A DNA stretch of 64,000 bases from Nitrospinaceae bacterium (GTDB lineage: Bacteria; Nitrospinota; Nitrospinia; Nitrospinales; Nitrospinaceae). The position numbers and the translations under genes were made by a program. The notes beneath the pieces are model-generated. The model had not been told where the DNA came from. It did not search any database and saw only the letters and a list, made by a program, of their open reading frames with translations. The stretch is taken from assembly GCA_965237905.1 (NCBI GenBank), contig OZ250172.1, positions 2,656,001 through 2,720,000 on the forward strand, read 5' to 3'. Position 1 is the first letter of the stretch. The number at the start of each line of letters is the position of its first letter. Shown here one piece after another: positions 37,493 to 48,018 of this stretch.

Positions 37493-39282
37493 CGGACGGG
37501 GCGAAAGAAAACCTGGAGAACAAGTACTACGATTGGCCCTTGTTCAAACGTATCCTCGGATATCTGCGCCCGTATCGGATGTTGGTAGTGGTTTCGCTTT
37601 TGCTGTTGCTGGCGGTTTCGACGTTGAACCTGGCCGGTCCCTATCTCACTAAAATAGCGATTGACGATTACATCCGCGTCCAGCAATACGAGGGATTGGA
37701 TCAAATTGCCCTCATTTACATTGCGGTGCTGGCCGGAGCGTTTGTCTGCCAATTTTTGCAGTACATGACCATGCAGTATATCGGACAGAAGGTGATGTTC
37801 GACCTGCGGACCCAGGTGTTTGCGCATCTGCACAAGATGTCCTTCCGGTTTTTTGACCGAAACCCTATCGGTAAAATGATGACCCGCACGGTCAATGACG
37901 TCGAGGTGTTGAATGAAATGCTGACCTCAGGACTGATTCTGGTGTTCAGCGATCTTTTTACGCTGGCAGGAATTTTTCTAATGCTGGCGTGGCTGGACTG
38001 GAGATTGATGCTCATGGTGTGCGCGGTATTTCCCTTTTTATATCTGGCGACGCAGGCATACCGGATACGGGCGCGGGATGCCCTGCGCAAAAACCGCGCG
38101 CATATTACCACCCTCAATTCCACGCTGGAAGAAAACCTTTCCGGAATGACGACGGTTCAATTATTCAATCAGGAAGATGCGCAGTACCAGAAGTTCACGC
38201 AAATCAACCGGGACAAACTCAAGGAAGATTTGAGGTCCCTGCATTACAATTCCATCTATCTGCCTTCCATCGATGTCTTCAGCGCCATCGGGATTGGTTT
38301 GGTGATCTGGTACGGCGGCAGTCGATATGTGCAGGGAGAAGTGTTGCTGGGAGTCCTGGTGGCGTTTCTTATGTATTTGCAGAAGTTTTTCGAACCCATT
38401 CGCGACATGGCGGAGAAATTCAATATCATTCAAACGGCGATGGCATCTTCTGAACGGATATTCGAATTACTGGATACGCCGGAGGAGTTACCCAACCCGG
38501 AACGTCCACAAGCGGTTTCCCGGATTGTAGGCAACATCGAATTTCAAAACGTCTGGTTCGCCTACAATAAAGACGACTATGTTTTGCAAGATGTAAGCTT
38601 TTCGTTAAAACAGGGAGAGAGTTTAGCGATTGTCGGCGCTACGGGGTCTGGTAAATCGACCGTGATCAATACGCTTCTCCGGTTCTACGATATTCAAAAG
38701 GGGCGGATTAGTATCGATGGTGTTTCTCTGAAAGAGATGAACAAGCAGGATCTACGCCGTCAGATGGCGCTGGTTCAGCAGGATGTGTTCCTATTTTCTC
38801 GGAATATCATGGACAATATTCGCCTGGGCAACACGTCTTTGGGGTTGGAGGAGGTGGAATCCGTCGCTCAGTCGGTACACTCGCACCACTTCATCAACAA
38901 TCTTCCGTTTAAGTATGAGCAGGAGTTGATGGAGCGCGGGAGCAGTCTATCCATGGGGCAGAGGCAATTGCTTTCGTTCGCGCGGGCGCTGGCATCTGAT
39001 CCGAGGATTCTGATTCTCGACGAAGCCACCTCCAGTGTCGATACCGAAACGGAACGGCAGATCCAGAACGCCATTCAGGAACTGATGGAAGGGCGGACTT
39101 CGATTATCATCGCGCACCGTTTATCCACGCTGAAAACGGTGGACAAGGTTCTGGTATTGAAACAGGGCAAGGTGCAAGAGTTTGGTACCCGGCAAGAACT
39201 TCTTCGAAATAAGGGAACCTATTACAACCTGCTCAAACTTCAGATGGATCTTTCCGAGAGGAATCCCGACCCTCGTTCATAA
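37489..39282 (+). CDS. ABC exporter subunit (TMD+NBD, MdlB-like)
   Basis: GATGSGKS, LSMGQRQ, ILDEATS, AHRLST; ATGA overlap with its partner. Confidence 0.9.
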   Translation: MTDGAKENLENKYYDWPLFKRILGYLRPYRMLVVVSLLLLLAVSTLNLAGPYLTKIAIDDYIRVQQYEGLDQIALIYIAVLAGAFVCQFLQYMTMQYIGQKVMFDLRTQVFAHLHKMSFRFFDRNPIGKMMTRTVNDVEVLNEMLTSGLILVFSDLFTLAGIFLMLAWLDWRLMLMVCAVFPFLYLATQAYRIRARDALRKNRAHITTLNSTLEENLSGMTTVQLFNQEDAQYQKFTQINRDKLKEDLRSLHYNSIYLPSIDVFSAIGIGLVIWYGGSRYVQGEVLLGVLVAFLMYLQKFFEPIRDMAEKFNIIQTAMASSERIFELLDTPEELPNPERPQAVSRIVGNIEFQNVWFAYNKDDYVLQDVSFSLKQGESLAIVGATGSGKSTVINTLLRFYDIQKGRISIDGVSLKEMNKQDLRRQMALVQQDVFLFSRNIMDNIRLGNTSLGLEEVESVAQSVHSHHFINNLPFKYEQELMERGSSLSMGQRQLLSFARALASDPRILILDEATSSVDTETERQIQNAIQELMEGRTSIIIAHRLSTLKTVDKVLVLKQGKVQEFGTRQELLRNKGTYYNLLKLQMDLSERNPDPRS

Positions 39283-39360
39283 AGAAACCTACTAAAATGT
39301 TGCATCCCATTCAAAATTAGTCTACATTTTTCAGTAAGTTATAATTTTGTGGGATTTGCT

Positions 39361-40026
39361 ATGCGAAAATGGATTTGCTACCCGATATTTGTTCTTATGA
39401 GCGTATTCTCCCTGGCGGGGTGTGCCGTGATCGAGTGGACTTACGATGCGGTGGCCGGAACCGTTAAAGGGGTTTATTACGTAACCACCGGAACGGTCAA
39501 AGCCGTATACCACGTCGGCGAGTTTACCTTCAATGTTGTCAAGGCACCTATCGAATGGTCGCTGATGAACGATGACATCGAGACCATCGACGGCTTGCCG
39601 GTAAAAGAAGCCATCCAACAGGGCCGCGTTAAAAACTCTCCTTATCGGGTGAAGGGCAAAAAGTATTATCCTATGACCGTCGCCAAGGCCCAGCGGTATA
39701 AAGAAACGGGCGTGGCTTCCTGGTATGGCAACGAGACGCTCAAGCAGAAAGACGGTCACATGACCGCCAACGGGGAAGCGTTCAATCCCAACGCCCTGTC
39801 GGCGGCGCACAAACATTTGCCCCTGCCCACCAACGTGAAAGTCACCAACCTTCAAAACGGACGTTCGGTGATTGTGAGAGTGAATGATCGCGGCCCGTTC
39901 CCCAGCGACCATAACGCGGCTTCAGGACGGCGTATCATCGACCTCAGTTATGCCGCCGCCAAACAACTCGGTTTCCATGCCCAAGGCACCGCCCGTGTCA
40001 AAGTGGAAACCGTCCAGGCAGGATAA
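39361..40026 (+). CDS. rlpA: RlpA family lipoprotein (DPBB lytic transglycosylase)
   Basis: LAGC lipobox, GVASWYG, TANGE, AAHKHLP, VRVNDRGPF, RIIDLS. Confidence 0.88.
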   Translation: MRKWICYPIFVLMSVFSLAGCAVIEWTYDAVAGTVKGVYYVTTGTVKAVYHVGEFTFNVVKAPIEWSLMNDDIETIDGLPVKEAIQQGRVKNSPYRVKGKKYYPMTVAKAQRYKETGVASWYGNETLKQKDGHMTANGEAFNPNALSAAHKHLPLPTNVKVTNLQNGRSVIVRVNDRGPFPSDHNAASGRRIIDLSYAAAKQLGFHAQGTARVKVETVQAG

Positions 40027-40183
40027 AGGACTTACCTTCTATAAAAAGTGCTTTAGGTTTTTACGTTAGAGAACTCATTTGTTCTTCGGAAATCTCATGA
40101 GTAATAAATGAAAACTGTAATGTTTCCGATTGAAAAGAGACTTATAAGGGATAGAAATTAGAAAATCGAATGGAAATCTGATT

Positions 40184-40885
40184 ATGGATGAAATTCCCAA
40201 TCACCGAACGATCATTATTACCGGCATCATTGGACTTGCCGCTGCTCTTTTGGTGGGTACCGGTGAGTTCATGTTGCACTATTCGTCCGCTGGCGATTAT
40301 GCAGACGATGGGAACTATGTCTACTTGCTTCATGTCCCGGAATGGCGCTTAACGTGGGGCCATTTTCTGGCTATGTTTGGGGCGCCTTTTTACTTGATAG
40401 GGTATTGGCATATGTACCTTGGCCTCAGGTCCTATGGAAAAATATTACCTCATTTATTTTTCTTTATCAGCGCGTATGGATTTATGTTTGGAGCGGTATG
40501 GATTGGATCTCGCGCGGGGATAGCGTTATTGGCTCAGGCGAACTATGCCGCGGAAGGCCATAACAGTGAGGTATTAAGAGAGCTTATTAATTTTTATATT
40601 CTCCACAGCGAATCGCTACTGCAAGTTATAAGAGTCACCACACTAATCTCATCATTTGCTTTTATATTCATGGTTCTCACGGGAAAAACGCTTTATCCGC
40701 GCTGGATGGCGATATTTAGTCCCATTGTGCTTTTGCTTTTATCATTTGTTCTTTTTGCTGTTGCACCCGAGATCGGGAAATACACCTTACCCATTGCATT
40801 GAATATGGGATACTTCATCTTTTTCTCGCTTTCAACTATGCAACTGGCAAAAGTTTGTAAATCGCGAGAGGAAAAGGCTATATGA
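40184..40885 (+). CDS. Multi-pass membrane hypothetical protein
   Basis: About six hydrophobic segments; overlaps the next gene (ATGA). Confidence 0.7.
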   Translation: MDEIPNHRTIIITGIIGLAAALLVGTGEFMLHYSSAGDYADDGNYVYLLHVPEWRLTWGHFLAMFGAPFYLIGYWHMYLGLRSYGKILPHLFFFISAYGFMFGAVWIGSRAGIALLAQANYAAEGHNSEVLRELINFYILHSESLLQVIRVTTLISSFAFIFMVLTGKTLYPRWMAIFSPIVLLLLSFVLFAVAPEIGKYTLPIALNMGYFIFFSLSTMQLAKVCKSREEKAI

Positions 40886-42486
40886 AGAAAGTACTCATAA
40901 TTATTCCTGTTGTTCTGATTTTACTAATAATTTTTGTTGCTGTGCGGATGAAGCTGGATGCGAGCGATCCTTATCCTGAAATTGCTGTTGGGGATGTTAC
41001 CGTGCCGACTTTCAAGGAAGTGGAATTTCCTTTTGTTCATAGGCATGACAAAGATAAATCCTTACCCTTTACAGCCTCCGCTGTTATCGACATTGACAAT
41101 GATGGGGTTGAGGAAGTCTTTATCGGCGGGGGGTATCATCAGCCCGATGGCCTGTTTGCCTTTAGGGATGGCAAGTTTGTTGATATTTCCAGTGATCGAG
41201 GCCTGACCAAACAGGATAATGATACGACCTTTGGCTCTGTTGTCATTGACACCAATCATGATGGGACCTCTGACCTTATTGTTTCACGCGATAGTGGAGT
41301 TTACCTCTACACCAACAACAATGGAAAATTCATTGGTGAAAACTTAAATGTCCCTTTAGATAAAAAAACGGCTCCCTTATCCGTTGCTGTTAGCGATCTC
41401 AATCGAGACGGACATTTTGATATGTATGTTTCAGGGTACATTAAAGTCGAATTGGTAGAAGGCCAGAATATCTTCAATAAAGAAGGGTACGGAGGTACCA
41501 GCGCCCTGTTGCTGAATAATGGAGACAATACCTTCCGTAATATTACAGAAGAATCGGGTCTTTACTATCTGCACAATACTTTTCAGGCTGTTTTCATCGA
41601 CTTGGATAACGATCTTCTGGAAGATCTGGTCGTTGCCCACGATACGGGCCAGGTACGCACTTGGAAGAATATGGGGAATTTGAAATTCAAGAACATGCCC
41701 AATCCTAATTCAGAACAATCCAGCTACCCAATGGGTATTGCCGTAGCAGACTACAATAACGATGGACGAGCAGATCTGTTTTTCTCCAATGTCGGTTCCA
41801 CGCCGCCCGGTTTTCTCGTGAAAGGCGATCTGCGAGAAGATCAGGTTTTTAACCGCAAGTGGATATTGTTCCGTAATGACGGAAACTTCAAGTTCACCGA
41901 CGTGGCCGAAGAAACGAAAGTCGCGGATTTTGAGTTTTCCTGGGGAGCGATTTTTGAAGACTTTAATCTGGACGGGTTGCAGGATTTGGTGGTTTCAGAA
42001 AATTACATTGGTTTCCCGCCTCACAAAGCTCCATTCCTGCGCTTGCCGGGAAGGTTTTTATTGCAAAGGCCCGATCACATGTTTGCCGCTGCTGAAGAAA
42101 ATGCGGGTGTTACCAATGCTCTGTTCAGCATTTCCCCACTGTCGGCAGATTTCAATAACGATGGGTACCCGGACTTATTGCATGTGAATCTGAACGGTCC
42201 CGTAAAAGCGTTTATCAATAATGGTGGCAAGAGTAATTTCCTGAAATTAAAATTGCCCGATCATCTGGCCTCAATCGGGTCAACCGTTAAGGTAGTTGCC
42301 GGCTCCGGCAAAACTTATACGGCTCCTTTTATTAGCGGAGAAGGTCTTTGCTCCGATCAAAGCCACATCCTCATTTTTGGTCTTGGGGATGAAGATAAGG
42401 TTCAATCGGTGACCGTACATTATCTGTCGGGATCAAAAAAAGTCATGGAAAATCCAAAAATCAATACCACCGTCCGGGTAAACTGA
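40882..42486 (+). CDS. FG-GAP repeat/ASPIC-UnbV (CRTAC1-like) protein
   Basis: Multiple D.DNDG..DL repeats; C-terminal FGLG...V..V.V (UnbV); N-terminal anchor. Confidence 0.85.
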   Translation: MKKVLIIIPVVLILLIIFVAVRMKLDASDPYPEIAVGDVTVPTFKEVEFPFVHRHDKDKSLPFTASAVIDIDNDGVEEVFIGGGYHQPDGLFAFRDGKFVDISSDRGLTKQDNDTTFGSVVIDTNHDGTSDLIVSRDSGVYLYTNNNGKFIGENLNVPLDKKTAPLSVAVSDLNRDGHFDMYVSGYIKVELVEGQNIFNKEGYGGTSALLLNNGDNTFRNITEESGLYYLHNTFQAVFIDLDNDLLEDLVVAHDTGQVRTWKNMGNLKFKNMPNPNSEQSSYPMGIAVADYNNDGRADLFFSNVGSTPPGFLVKGDLREDQVFNRKWILFRNDGNFKFTDVAEETKVADFEFSWGAIFEDFNLDGLQDLVVSENYIGFPPHKAPFLRLPGRFLLQRPDHMFAAAEENAGVTNALFSISPLSADFNNDGYPDLLHVNLNGPVKAFINNGGKSNFLKLKLPDHLASIGSTVKVVAGSGKTYTAPFISGEGLCSDQSHILIFGLGDEDKVQSVTVHYLSGSKKVMENPKINTTVRVN

Positions 42487-42487
42487 C

Positions 42488-42865
42488 TTGCGGCTAATCA
42501 TAGCGGGTATAAGCCTGGTAGGTTTCTGGGGAGGACTTAATTTATCGATTGAGGAATGGCAGGTTGCCGGAACATGCCCTTGCATTGGCATACCTGCGTG
42601 CTATCTAGTTACGATTGCCTATTCCTTAATTCTTCTCTCATGTGTAGACCATAAGCAGGGTTTATACCGAAAACTGTTTTTTACAGGAATATCTATAGTC
42701 TTCGGTTTGGCAGCCATGGGATCTTTTATGCAAGTGGCAAGGTTGGGAGAATGCCCACAAACCGAAGCGGGCTTTCCGATGTGTTATATCTCTTTTTTAA
42801 TGTCAGCAACGATAGTAATTATTTTTTTTCTAAGTGGAAGGCGTTCTCCCCGTTTAAATGAATGA
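42488..42865 (+). CDS. Small Cys-rich membrane protein
   Basis: About four TM segments with TCPCIGIPACY and ECP...PMCY. Confidence 0.6.
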   Translation: MRLIIAGISLVGFWGGLNLSIEEWQVAGTCPCIGIPACYLVTIAYSLILLSCVDHKQGLYRKLFFTGISIVFGLAAMGSFMQVARLGECPQTEAGFPMCYISFLMSATIVIIFFLSGRRSPRLNE

Positions 42866-42875
42866 TTGAACCTTC

Positions 42876-43460
42876 TTAGATTAATTTTTGCACTCTGGAT
42901 TTTAAAGTAGGCAAAATATCTTTCTCAAACCAGGCATTCCTACGGAGCCAAATGTTATTGCGTGGGCTGGGATGCGGAAGTGGCAATAACCCCTTCTTCC
43001 AGTATTCCTTCCAGGATTTTACCGTTTCGGTGAGGTTGTTTTTCCGGGAAGTCCCTAGATGATACTTCTGCCCATATTGCCCGACCAGTAAAGTAAGTTC
43101 AATTTCAGGAAGGTTTGAAAGGAGCTTCTCACGCCAGGCATCTGCGCATTCAGGTCGAGGTGGAAGATCGCCCGACTTTCCAGTGCCCGGATAGCAAAAT
43201 CCCATAGGCAAAAGCGCAATTTTTGAATCGTTATAAAATATAGTCTTATCAATCCCCATCCAATCCCTCAGTCGGTCCCCACTCGCATCATTAAACGGAA
43301 TTCCCGTCTCATGTACTTTGCGCCCAGGAGCCTGCCCTGCAATAAGAATTTTCGCTTGAGAATTAGCCTGAAGAACAGGTCTCGGACCTAGAGGAAGATG
43401 GTCTTCGCATAATCTACAATCATTGACTTCCTTCAAAAGATGTTTTAACTCTCTGGTCAT
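42876..43460 (-). CDS. Uracil-DNA glycosylase superfamily protein
   Basis: CRLC, GQAPG, FNDASGDRLR, LPHPSPRN. Confidence 0.85.
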   Translation of the reverse strand: MTRELKHLLKEVNDCRLCEDHLPLGPRPVLQANSQAKILIAGQAPGRKVHETGIPFNDASGDRLRDWMGIDKTIFYNDSKIALLPMGFCYPGTGKSGDLPPRPECADAWREKLLSNLPEIELTLLVGQYGQKYHLGTSRKNNLTETVKSWKEYWKKGLLPLPHPSPRNNIWLRRNAWFEKDILPTLKSRVQKLI

Positions 43461-43667
43461 GAGGGTCTATTTGACAGTTTTAGAGGGTGAGCAACCAAAG
43501 TATCGCTATGATTGCAAAATATCAAATTAAAAACCCATAAAATTTTTGAAAGCGACTCTGTTAAATATTTGGCCAAGGTGTAAGGAATGGGGATATTTGC
43601 ATACTAATCGTTATGTTTTTATAAGATATCGAATACTCAAGCCTAAACAATTTAAGGAGAATCGGTC

Positions 43668-44147
43668 ATGAATTCCGTATTGAAACGTGGGTCCCTTTTT
43701 TTTGCATTGGTTTCTTTGATGGTGGTTTTGTCAGCTAATGGCGCTTCTGCAGAGATGAATAACGGAACGGAAATTTCCGCACCGGTCATGGGAGGTTATG
43801 ATCCTGTCTCATATTTTAAATCAGGAAAACCCATGCGAGGAAGCGGTTTCCATACGGCAACTTACAACGGAGGCGCGTATTTGTTTGCCACCAAAGAAAA
43901 TAAGGAAAAATTTATGGCCAACCCAGAGAAGTATGCTCCGCAATTTGGCGGGTATTGCGCCTATGGCGTGGCGGTTGGTAAAAAGTTTTACTCGGATCCA
44001 AACATCTGGAAGATTGTTGATGGCAAGCTTTATCTCAATCTCGACAAAAACATCCAGAAAAAATGGAACGAAGATATCAATGGGCATATCGCCAAAGCGG
44101 ATTCTAACTGGACAAAAATTGAACACAAAAATCCGTCGGAGCTATAA
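43668..44147 (+). CDS. Exported YHS-domain protein
   Basis: GYDPVSYF, YLFA..N..KF..NPEKYAPQFGGYCAYG; AAGGAG RBS. Confidence 0.85.
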   Translation: MNSVLKRGSLFFALVSLMVVLSANGASAEMNNGTEISAPVMGGYDPVSYFKSGKPMRGSGFHTATYNGGAYLFATKENKEKFMANPEKYAPQFGGYCAYGVAVGKKFYSDPNIWKIVDGKLYLNLDKNIQKKWNEDINGHIAKADSNWTKIEHKNPSEL

Positions 44148-44228
44148 TCTAATCCTTGCCATTGGGAAAAGGGAGTCGGGTTTCAATGTCTAAGGAAACT
44201 CGGATTCCCTTGTTCTCGTGGGGACAAA

Positions 44229-44552
44229 TTATTTTTTTTTGAATTGGATGACCAGGCGTTCGACGATGCGGCCGTTTTGGATGTGTTCGGTCAGAATTTC
44301 TTCCATGTCTTTTTTGGTTTTTGGTGAGTACCAGATGTCATCGGGGTAGACGACCAGAGTCGGTCCTTGCGCGCAAGCGTCGAGGCACCCGGCTTTGTTG
44401 ACCCGCACCTTGCCCTTGAGACCGCTGTCATGGACGCGTTGTTTCAGGTAGTCCAGCAACTCGGGCGAGCCGCGCGAAGCACAGCATCCGCGCGGGTCAT
44501 CCTCTTTGCGTTGGTTGTTACAGATGAAGATATGTTTCTGAAAGCGGCCCAT
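44229..44552 (-). CDS. Thioredoxin-like [2Fe-2S] ferredoxin
   Basis: HIFIC.N.R..CC, GCLDAC..GP..VVYP..WY. Confidence 0.88.
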   Translation of the reverse strand: MGRFQKHIFICNNQRKEDDPRGCCASRGSPELLDYLKQRVHDSGLKGKVRVNKAGCLDACAQGPTLVVYPDDIWYSPKTKKDMEEILTEHIQNGRIVERLVIQFKKK

Positions 44553-44582
44553 GAAAACCTTATCGCGAAAGGGTGCGGGGGA

Positions 44583-45581
44583 TCAGTTGTCCGCCTTCGG
44601 CAGGGCGGTCGGGGATTGGGACTCGTAATATTCCTTGAATTTATTGAAGTTGATGTAGGTGGTGTCGCAACTGTCAGGGAACACGGTAACAATGACCCCC
44701 TTTTCAATTTTTTCCGCCAGCTCCATCGCGGCAACTGTAGCGGCGGCGGAAGAGTGGCCGACCAGAATACCTTCCTCCTTTTCCAGAGTCGCCACCATAT
44801 CGTACGCGTCCTCGGTGACCACGCTGATTTTCCCGTCGAGAATCGATTCGTCGTAGATCCCCGGAACGATGGACGAGGCCATGTGCTTGAGGCCTTCCAG
44901 GCCGTGTAGTTCTTCCGCCGGTTCCATCGCGTAGCATTGAATTTTGGGATTCAACTTCCGGAACTTGCGGGTATTGCCCATGATGGTGCCGCCGGTGCCG
45001 ATGCCCGCGCAGAAATGGGTGATCTCGCCATTCGTTTGTTTCCAGATTTCCTCGGCCGTGTGCAGGTAATGGGCGCGCCAGTTGGAATCGTTGTTGTACT
45101 GGTCCGGCATGAAATACTTGTCCCGGTCCTTTTCATAAATTTCCTGTGCCAGAATAATCGCTCCGTCGGAGCCTTCGAATGGGCTGGAGGAGACGATCTC
45201 GGCGCCGTAAAAATCCGCCATCACGCCTTTGCGCTCTTTGACGGCGTTGGCGGGCATGACCAGCTTGACCCGGTAGCCCTTAATTTTTCCGATCAGGGCA
45301 TAGGCAATGCCGGTGTTGCCGGAGGTGGAATCGATGATGATCTTATCTTTGGTGAGTTGCCCGGAAGCTTCGCCGTCTTCGATCATCTGCAGGGCAGGGC
45401 GCGACTTGACGGAGCCCCCCGCGTTGCGCCATTCCGCTTTCGCGTAGATCTCGACGTTGGGGTACCGCTTGCTGATGTTTTCAAGGTGGATCAAGGGGGT
45501 ATTACCGATTTTTTTCAAAATCGATTGATCCACGATCACCGGGCAGGCCGGCGCCAGATTTTTTTGATTGATGTGACCCAT
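44583..45581 (-). CDS. cysM: PLP-dependent cysteine synthase family protein (CysM-like)
   Basis: IGNTPL, NAGGSVKSR (PLP Lys), STSGNTG, GIGTGGT. Confidence 0.75.
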   Translation of the reverse strand: MGHINQKNLAPACPVIVDQSILKKIGNTPLIHLENISKRYPNVEIYAKAEWRNAGGSVKSRPALQMIEDGEASGQLTKDKIIIDSTSGNTGIAYALIGKIKGYRVKLVMPANAVKERKGVMADFYGAEIVSSSPFEGSDGAIILAQEIYEKDRDKYFMPDQYNNDSNWRAHYLHTAEEIWKQTNGEITHFCAGIGTGGTIMGNTRKFRKLNPKIQCYAMEPAEELHGLEGLKHMASSIVPGIYDESILDGKISVVTEDAYDMVATLEKEEGILVGHSSAAATVAAMELAEKIEKGVIVTVFPDSCDTTYINFNKFKEYYESQSPTALPKADN

Positions 45582-45669
45582 ATTTGCTTAAGACATTTCC
45601 CCGTAGTGCCAAAACACATTCAAGGGATCCGTCGTTGGTCTTATAATTATAAACGGCGGAAACGGTTAA

Positions 45670-46473
45670 TCAAGCCGTTCCGCAAAACTCTTCGTAATCG
45701 ATCAACTCTTTAATGGTCGGATTATCCCCGCAGACCGGACAATTGACATCCCGCTTGAGTTTCAACTTCCGGAATTCTGTATTCAGCGCGTCATAGATGA
45801 GTAGTTTACCCGACAACGAATCGCCGATACCCAGCACCAGTTTCAGCGTTTCCACCGCCTGAATGTTGCCGATGATTCCCGCCAACACTCCCAGCACGCC
45901 GCCTTCCTGACAATTGGGTACCAGTCCCGGTGGCGGCGGTTCCGGATACAAACAGCGATAGCACGGGCCGTTCTTCGGATCAAATACCGTAGCCTGTCCT
46001 TCGAACCGGAAAATACTGCCGTGAATGTTGACTTTATTCATCAACACGCAGGCGTCGTTGATCAGAAACCGGGTCGCGAAATTATCCGAGCCGTCGACGA
46101 TGTAGTCGTATCCTTCGAACAACTCCTTAATATTTTGCGAGTTGATCCGCTCGTTGTAGGTGGTGACATTGACGTCCGGGTTCAGCGCGGCGATGGTCTT
46201 CTTGGCTGATTCGGTTTTCAACATTCCAATCCGTTCAGTGGAGTGGATGATCTGCCTCTGCAGGTTACTGAGGTCGACGGTGTCGAAATCGACGATGCCG
46301 AGATGGCCGATTCCAGCCGCCGCGAGATAATACGCCGCGGGCGAACCCAGACCGCCGGCGCCGATCATCAGTACGCGCGCGTCCAGCATTTTGCGCTGGC
46401 CCACCCCGCCCACTTCCGGCAGGATGATGTGGCGGCTGTAGCGTTCAATCTGCTCGTCGGTAAAATCGGTCAT
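45670..46473 (-). CDS. moeB: MoeB/ThiF-family sulfur-carrier adenylyltransferase
   Basis: RYSRHI, GAGGLG, SNLQRQ, CYRC, NCQEGGV, CPVC; no rhodanese tail. Confidence 0.88.
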   Translation of the reverse strand: MTDFTDEQIERYSRHIILPEVGGVGQRKMLDARVLMIGAGGLGSPAAYYLAAAGIGHLGIVDFDTVDLSNLQRQIIHSTERIGMLKTESAKKTIAALNPDVNVTTYNERINSQNIKELFEGYDYIVDGSDNFATRFLINDACVLMNKVNIHGSIFRFEGQATVFDPKNGPCYRCLYPEPPPPGLVPNCQEGGVLGVLAGIIGNIQAVETLKLVLGIGDSLSGKLLIYDALNTEFRKLKLKRDVNCPVCGDNPTIKELIDYEEFCGTA

Positions 46474-46754
46474 TAAACAGCTCCACCGGCGATGGCCGGG
46501 ATGATGGATATCTCGTCGCCATCCTTGATCTTGGTTTTTTCACCATCCAGAAACCGGATGTCTTCTTCATTGAGATAGATGTTGATGAACCGTCTCGGGG
46601 TTCCATTTTCTTCGCAAATCCGTTCCTTGATGCCCGCGAACTGGCTTTCCAAATTGTTCAATATATCGGCAATCGTTCCGCCTTCCGCCGAAATCTCCGC
46701 CTGATTGTTGGTCAGTTTCATCAGAGGCGTGGGGATTCTCACTTTGACTGGCAT
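46473..46754 (-). CDS. MoaD/ThiS/CysO-type ubiquitin-like sulfur carrier
   Basis: VRIPTPL...INIYLNEEDIRFL...IIPAIAGG-AV. Confidence 0.88.
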   Translation of the reverse strand: MPVKVRIPTPLMKLTNNQAEISAEGGTIADILNNLESQFAGIKERICEENGTPRRFINIYLNEEDIRFLDGEKTKIKDGDEISIIPAIAGGAV

Positions 46755-46767
46755 GTTACTTTCTCCT

Positions 46768-48006
46768 TTAAACCGTTAAACTGTTGGCAAATTCTTCTTC
46801 AAAACTTTGTATGTTGCACTGAATGACCGCCGGTGGAGTGAAATGGCCCGTCAACGCTTCCTGCGTTTTAAGCCCGTTGCCGGTGATGCAGATGACCGTG
46901 GTTTCGTCCGGTTTGATGCGGCCCTGCTTGATCAATTTCTGTGTGACGCCCAGGGTCACCCCGCCTGCGGTTTCCGTGAAGATGCCCTCGGTTTCCGCCA
47001 GCAGTTTCATGGCCTCCACCACCACTTCGTCCGACACATCTTCGCCCCAGCCGCCGCTTTCGTTGGCAGTTTTGATGCCGTAATAACCGTCCGCCGGGTT
47101 GCCGATGGCAATGGACTTGGCAATGGTGTTGGGTTTCACCGGCTTGATGGTGTCCCAGCCTTTTTTGATCGCCGTGGTCACCGGTGAACATCCTGTCGCC
47201 TGCGCCGCAAAAATTTTGGTGTTCACTTTGCCGATCAACCCCAACATCTCAAACTCATGAAAGGCTTTGTAGATTTTGGTGATCAGCGAACTTCCCGCGA
47301 CCGGGACCACCACGTTGTCGGGCGTTTTCCATCCCAGTTGTTCGGCGATTTCGTAGCCGTAACTTTTTGAGCCATCCCCGTAATAGGGGCGGATGTTGAT
47401 GTTGACGAATGCCCACGCATGATTCACGCCAATTTCACTGCACAGACGGTTGACGTCATCGTAACTGCCGTGCACGGTGATCAATTGTGCGCCGTAAATC
47501 TGAGTGCCCAGAATCTTCCCGGCTTCCAGCCCGTCGGGAATAATGATACAGCTTTTGAGTCCCGCTTCTGCCGCGTGTGCGGCCACCGAGTTGGCCAGGT
47601 TGCCGGTGGAGGCGCAGGAGATGGTGTCGAAACCGAATTCAATCGCCTTGGAAACGGCTACCGCCACCACACGGTCCTTGAAGGAAAACGTCGGATGATT
47701 GACCGAATCGTTTTTGATGTACAGGTTGTTCAGGCCCAGCGCTTTGCCCAGGTTCTTGGCGCGCACCAGTGGGGTGAATCCTGTATGGAGGCCGACTTTG
47801 GGTTCCTCGTCGATCGGCATGAATTCTTTATAACGCCACATGGAAGGCGGGCCGTCCTGGATGCTTTTCCGGCTGACGGCTTTGCCGATACCGGCATAAT
47901 CGTAATTGACTTCCAGTGGTCCGAAGCAGTACTCGCACACGTGGATCGGCAGTTTTTCGTAATCCTTGCCGCACTCCTTACAGCGTAAACCCTTAGCAAA
48001 TCCCAT
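46768..48006 (-). CDS. thrC: Threonine synthase(-like) PLP enzyme
   Basis: N-terminal CxxC..CxxC, HPTFSFKDR, CASTGN, TGNGLKT. Confidence 0.78.
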   Translation of the reverse strand: MGFAKGLRCKECGKDYEKLPIHVCEYCFGPLEVNYDYAGIGKAVSRKSIQDGPPSMWRYKEFMPIDEEPKVGLHTGFTPLVRAKNLGKALGLNNLYIKNDSVNHPTFSFKDRVVAVAVSKAIEFGFDTISCASTGNLANSVAAHAAEAGLKSCIIIPDGLEAGKILGTQIYGAQLITVHGSYDDVNRLCSEIGVNHAWAFVNINIRPYYGDGSKSYGYEIAEQLGWKTPDNVVVPVAGSSLITKIYKAFHEFEMLGLIGKVNTKIFAAQATGCSPVTTAIKKGWDTIKPVKPNTIAKSIAIGNPADGYYGIKTANESGGWGEDVSDEVVVEAMKLLAETEGIFTETAGGVTLGVTQKLIKQGRIKPDETTVICITGNGLKTQEALTGHFTPPAVIQCNIQSFEEEFANSLTV

Positions 48007-48018
48007 AACTTCCTTGTG

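Noticed and set aside
43668..44147. Selenoprotein form of the YHS protein
   Set aside because: The GGYCAYG position is a Cys codon; there is no in-frame TGA.
45670..46754. MoeB/ubiquitin-like pair as the missing E1 for the CBASS E2
   Set aside because: It is over 30 kb away, embedded in a sulfur-assimilation operon with host-like composition; nothing in the sequence links them.
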